IMG/VR virus record: IMGVR_UViG_3300037067_027684
Span: 96,001-160,000 of that record
Reading direction: 5' to 3' (one strand)
Origin: a virus
Lineage: Duplodnaviria > Caudoviricetes
DNA length: 64,000 nucleotides
The position numbers and the translations under genes were made by a program. The notes beneath the pieces were generated by a model. That model worked only from the letters and a program-made list of their open reading frames with translations, did no database searches and was not told the DNA's origin. Shown here one piece after another: positions 55,124 through 63,557 of the stretch (the stretch's first letter is position 1; each line of letters starts with the position of its first letter).

Positions 55124-55186
55124 TTAATATATTTAGTCTTTTATTTCGAGATACTTTGCTGGCTTAGTATCCCTACGGACGAGAAA

Positions 55187-55206
55187 AGAGCAGATTTCTC
55201 TGCTCT
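55187..55206. terminator. Hairpin at the +/- convergence point
   Basis: AGAGCAGA-TTTC-TCTGCTCT. Confidence 0.55.
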
Positions 55207-55627
55207 ACTTCTCTGCCTCTGTAATTGCTTCCTTTAAACGCTTAATGACAACTGGGAGCGTCGTGTCAATGTCACGTGGCTGCTTATTTAAACCGCCCTC
55301 TAGGCAGACTATTGAAACTTTCGCTAGGTCGATAAAACGCTTCTTGTCAGCTTTGGAGCACCTTGGTAAGTTAGAAGCGGTAGCTGCGTTGCAGTCGGCT
55401 AAATACAATGCCACAATCATCCAGTATTCTAGTTCCTTGCTACGAGGCTCTGGCTTAAAGCGCCATTCATAACGGCTGTCATCTTTGTTGAGTTGACTAA
55501 GAAATTGGTGTACCGGAGAAACAATTGAGTCGTCTTTGACAATGTTGTAATCTGTCCAATCATCGGTTGGATGGAAATCAGCAACCTTGTCAGCTAGTTC
55601 CTTGCGCCTTCGGTATTGTAGGGTCAT
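55205..55627 (-). CDS. Hypothetical protein
   Basis: Coupled ORF. Confidence 0.6.
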   Translation of the reverse strand: MTLQYRRRKELADKVADFHPTDDWTDYNIVKDDSIVSPVHQFLSQLNKDDSRYEWRFKPEPRSKELEYWMIVALYLADCNAATASNLPRCSKADKKRFIDLAKVSIVCLEGGLNKQPRDIDTTLPVVIKRLKEAITEAEK

Positions 55628-55974
55628 TCAAATCCCTCCTCGTATTCTCGTTTCCTTTTATTCAAAATATCACAAATAGGACATTGGAGTTTATTGAAGA
55701 TTTCTGAATTTGGATTCTTTTTAACGATCATAGGATAACTGTAATATTCATTCTCAAAACGAATGCGATAATCCCTATCCCGCTTAGGCTGGAAAAACGC
55801 AGTATTAGCTCCCCCACTAACCTCTCCACAGTCTATGACTGACGGCGGAGAAACCAAGAAACCATCTGCATCCGTTGAACCTCCACCAACCAGAGTCCTA
55901 TAGACTGTTTGTGGAGGTTTGGGTGGTTCAGGAGGAACTCCTAGATCTAGTTCCCTATCGCCTAACTCAGGCAT
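55624..55974 (-). CDS. Hypothetical protein with N-terminal LGDRELDL tag
   Basis: Starts MPELGDRELDLG, then a Pro-rich linker. Confidence 0.7.
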   Translation of the reverse strand: MPELGDRELDLGVPPEPPKPPQTVYRTLVGGGSTDADGFLVSPPSVIDCGEVSGGANTAFFQPKRDRDYRIRFENEYYSYPMIVKKNPNSEIFNKLQCPICDILNKRKREYEEGFE

Positions 55975-55992
55975 CTTGCGTCTCCAGCTTCT

Positions 55993-56229
55993 TCAAAGGA
56001 TATTCTCCTCAATCCATTTGGCTTCAGCCATTAAAGCTTCAGATCGAGTTTCGAACGGACCCATGACGGGTCCAGAGCTTGGGCCAAGATCAGCGGTCCA
56101 GCGGCCATCTGAGGTTGGTTCAACGTGTGAAGCACGCTTGATTTCGGACTTCCCAACATTCATCAAACCACGGAGTTTGTCAGAGTAAATGAATTGAACC
56201 GTCCCATTGGGAGAAATTTTGATCTTCAT
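55993..56229 (-). CDS. Conserved small protein associated with DUF2997/DUF1257/AAA clusters
   Basis: I.P.GTV..IY...IKRASHVEP...W.ADL....GP..GPF..RS.AL.AE..W pattern, recalled from planctomycete clusters. Confidence 0.7.
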   Translation of the reverse strand: MKIKISPNGTVQFIYSDKLRGLMNVGKSEIKRASHVEPTSDGRWTADLGPSSGPVMGPFETRSEALMAEAKWIEENIL

Positions 56230-56238
56230 TTTAACTCC

Positions 56239-56481
56239 CTAGTTTGTAACACTCTCAATCATCCAGCGTTTCCCACAACGTAGCAACCACCGAGTGCCCT
56301 TGAAGACGTTGATGCCTCTTGCGTGCATCCAGTTGTCGGTCCAAATCCGGAAGCGCTTTCCGTTGCAATCCACGCCTGTGACAACATATTTGTCGCCTTG
56401 CATACATACCCAGTTTTTCTTACCTTCCTTGAAGAAGAAGGGATAAATATCCCTAAAAGAGGAGACTGGAGCAATAATCAT
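56239..56481 (-). CDS. Hypothetical protein
   Basis: AAGGAGG RBS. Confidence 0.6.
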   Translation of the reverse strand: MIIAPVSSFRDIYPFFFKEGKKNWVCMQGDKYVVTGVDCNGKRFRIWTDNWMHARGINVFKGTRWLLRCGKRWMIESVTN

Positions 56482-56729
56482 GATTGACCTCCTTGGGACT
56501 CCCGTCTGACTTCCTCCTGAAGTCTTTTGTTCTCAGCAATCAGATGCGGTATGGAACCTACTTGGAGGTGTTCTTTAAGAGCCTTTTCGATGGTTTCGTG
56601 GAGCTTGCCAGCTAGCTCGTCACCACAAGGTCCAGATGATTTCCTGGTTGCATTTTTGGTGGCTTCATCAATGACGGCCAGAGAAGCACTTACAGCTTTG
56701 TGGATTACATCATCTAAATTCCCGTTCAT
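56478..56729 (-). CDS. Hypothetical protein
   Basis: ATGA coupling at both ends. Confidence 0.6.
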   Translation of the reverse strand: MNGNLDDVIHKAVSASLAVIDEATKNATRKSSGPCGDELAGKLHETIEKALKEHLQVGSIPHLIAENKRLQEEVRRESQGGQS

Positions 56730-56744
56730 GATTGACCTCCTTGG
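56478..56744 (-). repeat. 19-bp direct repeats bracketing gene 56478..56729
   Basis: TCATGATTGACCTCCTTGG at 56478-56496 and 56726-56744; two consecutive proteins both end QGGQS. Confidence 0.75.
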
Positions 56745-56926
56745 TCTAGATATTGTTGGTTCTCGACTGCCTGCTGTTGCTCGTAGTATTCACCCTTCAG
56801 CTTCTCCTTGGTGGTTGAGCCAAGTGCATTTTCAAGCTTTCGAGTGAGGTCCTTACAGCCTGTGCCTTTGACACCATCGACATCGATGGTTGTCACACCC
56901 TTTGGGGAAATTGAAATCTTAATCAT
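56726..56926 (-). CDS. DUF2997-family protein
   Basis: IKISISPKGVTTIDVDGVKGTGCKDLTRKLENALG...EYY. Confidence 0.85.
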   Translation of the reverse strand: MIKISISPKGVTTIDVDGVKGTGCKDLTRKLENALGSTTKEKLKGEYYEQQQAVENQQYLDQGGQS

Positions 56927-57279
56927 TCGTCATCTCCAATGATCCAACAAGGTTTGGACATTATCTTGGTTGCTGCTCTTGGGCAGGTGATTTTGATCTT
57001 CCTCTCAACGAAGAGGCCAACACAGTCATCTCCAACTGAGCGGAGGTACCAACCTTTCCTATCCTTCTCTGGAAGGTTGTTGAAGGCGTCACGAAGCTCA
57101 TAGAACCAATCAAAAGCCTTAGTGTAAACAAACTTCTTAGGCAGGTTGTTGGCTTGTTTTAGCGCCTTAAACTTCTTCGGACCCAGGATCTTCTTCAAGA
57201 GGCAAACAATTCGCTTATGAGTACATGAGGTGTAAAAATCCCATGTTTCACCAAATTCGATCTTAGTAATCCAGTTCAT
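56923..57279 (-). CDS. Hypothetical protein
   Basis: AGGAGG RBS. Confidence 0.6.
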   Translation of the reverse strand: MNWITKIEFGETWDFYTSCTHKRIVCLLKKILGPKKFKALKQANNLPKKFVYTKAFDWFYELRDAFNNLPEKDRKGWYLRSVGDDCVGLFVERKIKITCPRAATKIMSKPCWIIGDDE

Positions 57280-57287
57280 AAAACCTC

Positions 57288-57641
57288 CTAGGTCAAGTAG
57301 AGTTCCACAGTTCCATCAACCAGTTGTCGCTGTTCGACGGTGTAGCCAGCGTTGTGGGCCTCTTGGATGGAGACTTCCTTGGCATAGTCTTGGGTTAGCT
57401 TGTCGAATTGTTTTTGGTCTCCCCATGAGCCGTTGAAGTTATCCATGGAGGCGTCTCCATTATTAATGACAATGGGGTAGCGCCAACCAGGGATTTCGAT
57501 ACTGATATCACCAGATGCTGAGCTTGAGTAGAATTTCTGGGTAACAGCTCCCTTTGTCATTTTGTAATTCAACCTATCACAAACCTTTTTGAGGATTGTA
57601 TGGTTCTTAAATTGTGTCTTGACTGTCACTGTGTGGGACAT
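57288..57641 (-). CDS. DUF1257 (Ycf35)-family protein
   Basis: MSHTVTVKTQFKN, PGWRYPIV, DNFNGSWG, QDYA...GYTV...DGTVELYL. Confidence 0.85.
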   Translation of the reverse strand: MSHTVTVKTQFKNHTILKKVCDRLNYKMTKGAVTQKFYSSSASGDISIEIPGWRYPIVINNGDASMDNFNGSWGDQKQFDKLTQDYAKEVSIQEAHNAGYTVEQRQLVDGTVELYLT

Positions 57642-57994
57642 TTATCTTCTCCTAGAGTGAGGGTGATATTCAACCCAAAGAAACGAGCCACAGATTCCAA
57701 CAAGAGCAACTTATTCAGTTCAAAGCAATCAACTATCTTATCACTTGGTTGCTCTCCGGTAACATTGACATAATACCTACCATTGGTTATGTTGTGACAG
57801 ATATGAAAGTACATTGTCTTCGACCAATCGCGCCCATAGCAAGACTTCAGGTTAATTTCAATGGTTCCGAATCTACGGATATTGGAGCAGGAAAGTAAAC
57901 CCCGATTTGGAGATTTAGTTTTACTCTTGGATTTGATTTTGTTTTTGCTAAGAATTTCCTTAACAAAATCAAGAGCTTCTTTCAATTGATCCAT
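57626..57994 (-). CDS. Hypothetical protein
   Basis: AAGGAG RBS. Confidence 0.6.
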   Translation of the reverse strand: MDQLKEALDFVKEILSKNKIKSKSKTKSPNRGLLSCSNIRRFGTIEINLKSCYGRDWSKTMYFHICHNITNGRYYVNVTGEQPSDKIVDCFELNKLLLLESVARFFGLNITLTLGEDKCPTQ

Positions 57995-58004
57995 TTGGAT
58001 CTCC

Positions 58005-58241
58005 TTAATTCATGTCCAGTAGTTTCTTGAGAATCAAAATAGCTGCCGCCTCTTCTAGCTTGTTGTGGCTCAAGTATCTCTCTACTTTTACCTTCCTGAG
58101 GACTTTCCGCAATTCAATTTTTTCTGCGTGATTTAGTTCATCTACTTGGTCGGTTGCTTGATCAACGTAGTTACTCATCATATCTGCTGCGTTAAGCGCT
58201 CGTTTGAGCCAAGCTGACATTTTCCAACGTGGCTTTTTCAT
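58005..58241 (-). CDS. Hypothetical protein
   Basis: TAATG coupling. Confidence 0.55.
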   Translation of the reverse strand: MKKPRWKMSAWLKRALNAADMMSNYVDQATDQVDELNHAEKIELRKVLRKVKVERYLSHNKLEEAAAILILKKLLDMN

Positions 58242-58534
58242 TACATTGCCCTCCCGATGGTTTCGACTTCCTTTTGAGTTCCTTCGAAGATCTTATGTTT
58301 CTTGTGGATTGGTCGGTCTTCCATGAAGATTCCAGATACTTTGATGACTTCTGTGTTTGTACTAAAGAGGCTTTGCTTGTCCTCTTGGTTTTGCTGCTTG
58401 GCGATTTCTTCGATGATGAGGAGTGGTCCTCCCATTTTCCCGACAAATTCCCTAATCGCAAGCTTCCATTCTGCGGTTCCAGGGGTTCGGGCGTGGTTAC
58501 TTACCCTAGCCATTCGGCCTATTGTTTTTCGCAT
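58241..58534 (-). CDS. Hypothetical protein
   Basis: GGAG RBS. Confidence 0.55.
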   Translation of the reverse strand: MRKTIGRMARVSNHARTPGTAEWKLAIREFVGKMGGPLLIIEEIAKQQNQEDKQSLFSTNTEVIKVSGIFMEDRPIHKKHKIFEGTQKEVETIGRAM

Positions 58535-59043
58535 GATTCTCCCTCATTCTTAAAAGAGTGTGAAACCTCACAACCAGCTCGGTCACAATCAGATTGGTCG
58601 TCCTGCAAATCCCAAGCGTTGATGATGTTATAACTCGAAACAACGATAATCTCCTTCTGATAAGGTTGCTTCTTTCCGTATTTCTTATCATTCCAGCAAT
58701 CAAAAGCTTTTCGAACTTGTAATTTGAGATTCTTATTGTTCTTATGGATATTTGGGACTGTTGGGGATCCAATTAGAACTTCGTCAGAAGTCTCTTCGTT
58801 TTCCAAGTCTTTCTTGAATAATTCATATTGTTCTTCGGTGAGGTAGAGTATATCTACCCAATGCCTTTCAGATGCTCCGTTCCATTCTGCGGCTATAGAC
58901 CAACAGACCTTAATCATGCCTGTTCTCCTTTGTTCAGCATTTAGTTCCATGACAGCATTCGTAAAATGAAGACGAAAATTTAAATGGGCGAGAACCATTC
59001 TGATCGTCAATGGTGAAGTAAGAAGGGTGATTGTATTGGTCAT
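58519..59043 (-). CDS. Hypothetical protein (true start probably internal, MIKVCW)
   Basis: AAGGAG precedes an internal ATG. Confidence 0.5.
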   Translation of the reverse strand: MTNTITLLTSPLTIRMVLAHLNFRLHFTNAVMELNAEQRRTGMIKVCWSIAAEWNGASERHWVDILYLTEEQYELFKKDLENEETSDEVLIGSPTVPNIHKNNKNLKLQVRKAFDCWNDKKYGKKQPYQKEIIVVSSYNIINAWDLQDDQSDCDRAGCEVSHSFKNEGESCEKQ

Positions 59044-59145
59044 GCTGAATTAAACGACCACCATCACGCAAAGCCCAATCGGCTTCTTGCTTCTGCCACC
59101 AATTAAGGGAACATGTTTTCACTTCATATGATCGAACGCTGTCAC

Positions 59146-59475
59146 TCATCGTGTGATCCTTTTCAATTTGTCAATCAAATTCTTCAAACGAGCTTCACCG
59201 TCTGAATTATGGACTTGTCCTGCCTCCAGAACTGCCAGGACCTCTTTGATTCGCTTTGAATTCCAACTATAAGTCTCATCATAAGCTTCGGCTGGTGCCA
59301 TTGGGTAATCCCAAGAAGCTGCTCGTTTGATTGGTTGTTCCAATTTCCAGATGATGTTTTGTAGCTTCTTGACTCGTGGGTCATCACCACCAAGGAAGTC
59401 TACGCAGTCCGTGATGAGGTTGCATTCGATCATGTTTAACTTGACTTGGTAGCCATTTCGCATGGTTTTCTCCAT
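59146..59475 (-). CDS. Hypothetical protein
   Basis: ORF in tiling. Confidence 0.55.
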   Translation of the reverse strand: MEKTMRNGYQVKLNMIECNLITDCVDFLGGDDPRVKKLQNIIWKLEQPIKRAASWDYPMAPAEAYDETYSWNSKRIKEVLAVLEAGQVHNSDGEARLKNLIDKLKRITR

Positions 59476-59723
59476 CCTACTGGCTTGAGCACCAGTTCTC
59501 TTAGTTGACCTAGGCCAAAATCCATCTTGAATGTCACTATAACTTGATCGTCTTCAAAGCGACATCCTTCTAGGGTTATATCATGGTTTTTGTCTAGGTG
59601 AACGTAGCATCCCATTCCTTCAGGGCTTGAATCGATGATTTCCTCCCCAATGTGGTCGGCGAATACTTCGGCCATTTCAACGAAATAGGGGATTTCTTTA
59701 CTCATAAATATACGTTCCTCCAT
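59436..59723 (-). CDS. Hypothetical protein
   Basis: ORF in tiling. Confidence 0.55.
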   Translation of the reverse strand: MEERIFMSKEIPYFVEMAEVFADHIGEEIIDSSPEGMGCYVHLDKNHDITLEGCRFEDDQVIVTFKMDFGLGQLRELVLKPVGWRKPCEMATKSS

Positions 59724-59988
59724 TTGCTTCGGCGTCTTTAATTCTGGATAGTGTGGCTGTGTAGCCAGAGAGTGCTTCTTCGCAAACTATGGGTTGACCG
59801 CCTCCGATTGGCTCTCCGACTGTTATTACTTGGTCGGGTTTTTCTTTGTGTTGGAAGATGTAGACATTCCGTCCGCGCCATTTGTTGATGAAGTGTCCGA
59901 GTAGGACGCCTTTTACTGCTTCTGCTTGTTCTTGTCTTTCTTTGCGGCATGCTTCGGCTTGTTTGTCGTGATCTTCTCTAGTGCACAT
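59698..59988 (-). CDS. Hypothetical protein
   Basis: AAGGA RBS. Confidence 0.55.
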   Translation of the reverse strand: MCTREDHDKQAEACRKERQEQAEAVKGVLLGHFINKWRGRNVYIFQHKEKPDQVITVGEPIGGGQPIVCEEALSGYTATLSRIKDAEANGGTYIYE

Positions 59989-59991
59989 AAT

Positions 59992-60243
59992 TTATCCTTT
60001 CACTTTCATGGTGGTGACGAAGGCTGTGCCGGTTGTGTTGTCGTCGTTATCGTAAAGAGGGACAATCTTCTTGCCGAAGGCGAATATTTCACATAAGGCG
60101 TTGTTACCGTGGTAGAAGATTTCTTTGCATTTGGGGCAGACCATTTCACAACCGCTGTGGTCGTCTTCAGGTTCGGTGAAGATTCCCAGGACGTGGCCAC
60201 ATTTGTGTTTGATTTCAGCGACTTTAATCTTCTTGGTCTTCAT
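59992..60243 (-). CDS. Small Zn-ribbon protein
   Basis: HKCGH...CPKC; ATGA coupling. Confidence 0.55.
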   Translation of the reverse strand: MKTKKIKVAEIKHKCGHVLGIFTEPEDDHSGCEMVCPKCKEIFYHGNNALCEIFAFGKKIVPLYDNDDNTTGTAFVTTMKVKG

Positions 60244-60746
60244 TTCCTCAATTCCTTCAAAATGATCCTCTTGAGTCTGGGAAAGTAGCATGGTTCTAGA
60301 ATCTCATAGGGAGTCATACATTCAATGTCTTCTATGATTATTCCCTTTAGAAGTTCTAGTTCTTCGCCAGAAGCCTTTTCCTCTAGAAGTTTAGCGACTT
60401 TAGAATCCGCCTGGAGCTTTGCGAATAGTTTATTCCACTCAGGTCCTTCACAATAATAATAACTGTCCACCAATTTACGGACTGTTTTCTCTAAGAGTGA
60501 TACCTTAGAGAAAACAACAGCAACAAGGATACCATTGCGGCCATCATTTTCATAACAACTATGAATTCCGTACTTAGAGCCTCTCCAGTAATAGAAGTCA
60601 GTCTCATCTGTGTCTGTGGAGATGGAGTAAGAGTGATGTTTGTTGAATTTTGATATCGCAGCAAGAATATTCTTTCTCTTGCCAAGATCCTTTACATCAG
60701 ACCAATCCCCAGCACCAGTTTCGTTAATGAGATATGCGTGTTTCAT
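60240..60746 (-). CDS. Hypothetical protein
   Basis: AGGAGG RBS. Confidence 0.65.
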   Translation of the reverse strand: MKHAYLINETGAGDWSDVKDLGKRKNILAAISKFNKHHSYSISTDTDETDFYYWRGSKYGIHSCYENDGRNGILVAVVFSKVSLLEKTVRKLVDSYYYCEGPEWNKLFAKLQADSKVAKLLEEKASGEELELLKGIIIEDIECMTPYEILEPCYFPRLKRIILKELRK

Positions 60747-60754
60747 TTTGCCTC

Positions 60755-60925
60755 CTAGGCAGTCTTAATAATTCTACCATTGCTGAGTTTGCGTACAATT
60801 ACAGCACGAGCCTCACGCAAGGTGGGATTACGACGTTCGACGTGCTCGGTCTGTTCCTCAGATCCCTTCAGTTCGGCGAAGAGAGTCTTGAGCACGGGGT
60901 TAACCTGCCACAGTGTCTTAAACAT
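60755..60925 (-). CDS. Small hypothetical protein
   Basis: AAGGAG RBS before MFKTLW. Confidence 0.5.
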   Translation of the reverse strand: MFKTLWQVNPVLKTLFAELKGSEEQTEHVERRNPTLREARAVIVRKLSNGRIIKTA

Positions 60926-60974
60926 GTGTCTCTCCTTTAGAAGGTGAATTAAAAAGTGAACTAAACCTAAAAAC

Positions 60975-61667
60975 TTAATCGTTCCAGTTTTCAGCGCAGT
61001 TGCAAGAGAAACAACGGCATTCATAACCATCCAATGACTCATATCCTAGTATTGTTCTATAGAATTTATCAGATCCAGAACCACCAATAATTCTCCTTTC
61101 TTTATTTCCACCTCCGTTTGAGTGGTGGACTGTTAAAATCCTAATATCATTCTTACCACAAATAGAACAAGACCCACCAAGTAGAGACATAATCTTCTGT
61201 TTGATTTCCATTGCAGTTTTGCGCTTGCTTCTTGCCGAGAAATGGTTAGACAGGACAAGATCTCTTTTTCTTAAGAATTCAAGATGGTTACAATTCATAC
61301 AAAGAACTCTATAACCTTTGGGATATTGATTCTTTTTCAACCATCTGTAGAATTGACTCCCGCCTTGACCAATATCTCTTCTATGTTCAGAACCACCACC
61401 GTCAATGTGGTCAATAGTAAGAGAGCTAATTCTTTTGTCACCGCAGATACAACAAAATCGCCCTCCATAAGCATCAAAAGCTGCAAGCTTGGTTTTTCTA
61501 TTGTAATTTCTGTGGTGTTGGTGTAATCTATCCAGATATTCTGGGTCTTTTCTTCTGCGTTCTCTAACACGCCTAGCTGCTTCCTTATTAAGATAATCCC
61601 TATGTTCTTTCTGATACTTTCTCTGATAATCCTTTTCCTTATCCTTGTCGTGGAAGCTCATAGACAT
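60975..61667 (-). CDS. HNH-type endonuclease with two tandem HNH/Zn domains
   Basis: CCICG..LTIDHIDGGG..VLCMNCN and CSICG..LTVHHSNGGG..CRCFSCN. Confidence 0.8.
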   Translation of the reverse strand: MSMSFHDKDKEKDYQRKYQKEHRDYLNKEAARRVRERRRKDPEYLDRLHQHHRNYNRKTKLAAFDAYGGRFCCICGDKRISSLTIDHIDGGGSEHRRDIGQGGSQFYRWLKKNQYPKGYRVLCMNCNHLEFLRKRDLVLSNHFSARSKRKTAMEIKQKIMSLLGGSCSICGKNDIRILTVHHSNGGGNKERRIIGGSGSDKFYRTILGYESLDGYECRCFSCNCAENWND

Positions 61668-61723
61668 ATTTACATTTAATCGAACAGTCCAGCAGTATTG
61701 TAAGTTTTGGAGACTTCGTCCTC

Positions 61724-62221
61724 CTAGAATAGTGGGTTATCCGAATCTTCTTTAAGGCAAAGAGATGTAACTTTTCTGCGATGAAGGTACGGCATGTAGA
61801 ACCATTCAGTGCCAGCCTCAGAACCTCCATTGGCAGGAATTTCCAACATCTTAATCAATTGCGCCTTTGTTAGCTTCTCTAACCGAGTTGGTAGATTCCT
61901 ATCGATTGAGATGTAGAGGTATGAATGGCCATATAGCGTTAATCCAATATATGCATCTGCATTATCGCACTTGCAGAACATCTGCATCTTTAGACCGCAG
62001 AGTTCCAAATGAGTAATCCAACCTGATCGGCGTCCTTCGTTGGTTGCGGCAACATTATAACCATAAGACTTCAATGCTTCTCTTAGGATTCGTTTGCGTT
62101 CTTCTCCTCTTTCGTCATAAGTATAAACGTTGGAGTTAGCCAATCTTGCTTTCATAAAATCGAAAGTTTCTCGATAATACGATTTAATTAGTTTGTCTTT
62201 GAGTTTCCCAAATTTATCCAT
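61724..62221 (-). CDS. Hypothetical protein
   Basis: 165 aa ORF. Confidence 0.6.
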   Translation of the reverse strand: MDKFGKLKDKLIKSYYRETFDFMKARLANSNVYTYDERGEERKRILREALKSYGYNVAATNEGRRSGWITHLELCGLKMQMFCKCDNADAYIGLTLYGHSYLYISIDRNLPTRLEKLTKAQLIKMLEIPANGGSEAGTEWFYMPYLHRRKVTSLCLKEDSDNPLF

Positions 62222-62438
62222 TTTTAGATCCCTCTGGTGCTTCCTTGACCAATTCCAGAACTACTCCAACTTTCTTCAGGTCTGGCCAAACGGAAAGTGG
62301 AGGTTCTCCAACTTTGGTTACTTCGGAGACTGCTACCAGTTGGCCGTTGGGCCTCTTGTAGATTGCTGAGCCGCATTGACGGTCGGCTTGTTCACTGTAG
62401 TATGCCATCCACCATTGTTGCATTTTAATCTCCTTCAA
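62214..62438 (-). CDS. Hypothetical protein
   Basis: AAGGAG RBS before internal MQQWW. Confidence 0.55.
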   Translation of the reverse strand: MKEIKMQQWWMAYYSEQADRQCGSAIYKRPNGQLVAVSEVTKVGEPPLSVWPDLKKVGVVLELVKEAPEGSKNG

Positions 62439-62725
62439 TCGATCTCAAATCTCTTGACGACTTCAACAGTTCTTGGCGTAATCACCTCACCTTTGATGAT
62501 TAGTTTTTCGCCGATCTGTATTCCTTCTTCTGGGAACTGACTGAGATATTTGAATCCAGTTTCCCCGCGCTGCATATCGCTGGCTTCTTCGGCGAGATCA
62601 TCCAGAAGCTCATCACGCGTCAACTGTTCGGTATGTGGGCAGTGCTCGTCATCACTGCCGGTAAAGACAAAGTAGGCACTCATTACTTTAATCTCCTCCA
62701 ATGAAATCCATGAACTTGCCAACAT
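62435..62725 (-). CDS. Hypothetical protein
   Basis: GGAGGAG RBS before internal MSAYF. Confidence 0.55.
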   Translation of the reverse strand: MLASSWISLEEIKVMSAYFVFTGSDDEHCPHTEQLTRDELLDDLAEEASDMQRGETGFKYLSQFPEEGIQIGEKLIIKGEVITPRTVEVVKRFEID

Positions 62726-63161
62726 TCAGGGCTTCACAAATCTTATTCGCCTGAAGTTCGCGTCCCTCTTGGTGTTTCTTATCAAGCTGTTCTTGCAGCC
62801 ACTTCTCAAAATGATCAGGGTGCTTCGCAAAGAATTCTAGAGCGACCTTAATAATTAAACTACGAAGTTTGGCAACTGCACGCTTTGGGATGCTATCACG
62901 ATATTTCCGTTCCTCGGCGTGCATTTGGTCGTTGTAAACAACTCCTGGCTTCACTAGGAGTCGAATCTTATCAACCTCGGGCTTCAGTTGTTCCTCCAAC
63001 TTTTCATAACCATGGATTTTGATTCCGAGATCTTCCACAGAAGCGAGGGTAAAATCACCGAAGCTTACGTCTACACCATGGGAGTCAACCACCGTGTGGG
63101 CAGTGGTGCGCCTTTCGTCTCCGCTCTGTTCCTCTACTTCTAGATAGTCGAAAAATGACAT
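62688..63161 (-). CDS. Hypothetical protein
   Basis: AGGAG RBS. Confidence 0.65.
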   Translation of the reverse strand: MSFFDYLEVEEQSGDERRTTAHTVVDSHGVDVSFGDFTLASVEDLGIKIHGYEKLEEQLKPEVDKIRLLVKPGVVYNDQMHAEERKYRDSIPKRAVAKLRSLIIKVALEFFAKHPDHFEKWLQEQLDKKHQEGRELQANKICEALNVGKFMDFIGGD

Positions 63162-63170
63162 GGTATTCTC

Positions 63171-63557
63171 CTAAAATGGAATTATTGGCTCCAGTTCTCG
63201 TCTTGACTTCACTTTGACTGATTTTCCTCGAACCCATCTAAAGATGGTTCGGATTAACTTTCCACCCAGGAAATCATATTGGCATAAGTCATCCTTGGTT
63301 TTGTAGGAGACCCTGATTTGGCCACCATCAAGAACGTGGGTGCCAAGTGCTCTGCAGAATAGTTCCGGATTCCTCAATTTACTGTCGATTCTGGTGATCC
63401 GGAAGATTTCTCCAGAGCTGTGGAGTTTAACTCTGCCTACTATGTGGAAGGTTCGATCCCAACTTCCACCATAGGCGAAGTTGATGCAGTCTAGTAGGTA
63501 TCCTTGTCTGTCTTTTTTGAATCTGAGGTTGGTTGGTTCAATCATATGCGGTCCCAT
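63171..63557 (-). CDS. Hypothetical protein
   Basis: ORF in tiling. Confidence 0.55.
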   Translation of the reverse strand: MGPHMIEPTNLRFKKDRQGYLLDCINFAYGGSWDRTFHIVGRVKLHSSGEIFRITRIDSKLRNPELFCRALGTHVLDGGQIRVSYKTKDDLCQYDFLGGKLIRTIFRWVRGKSVKVKSRRELEPIIPF

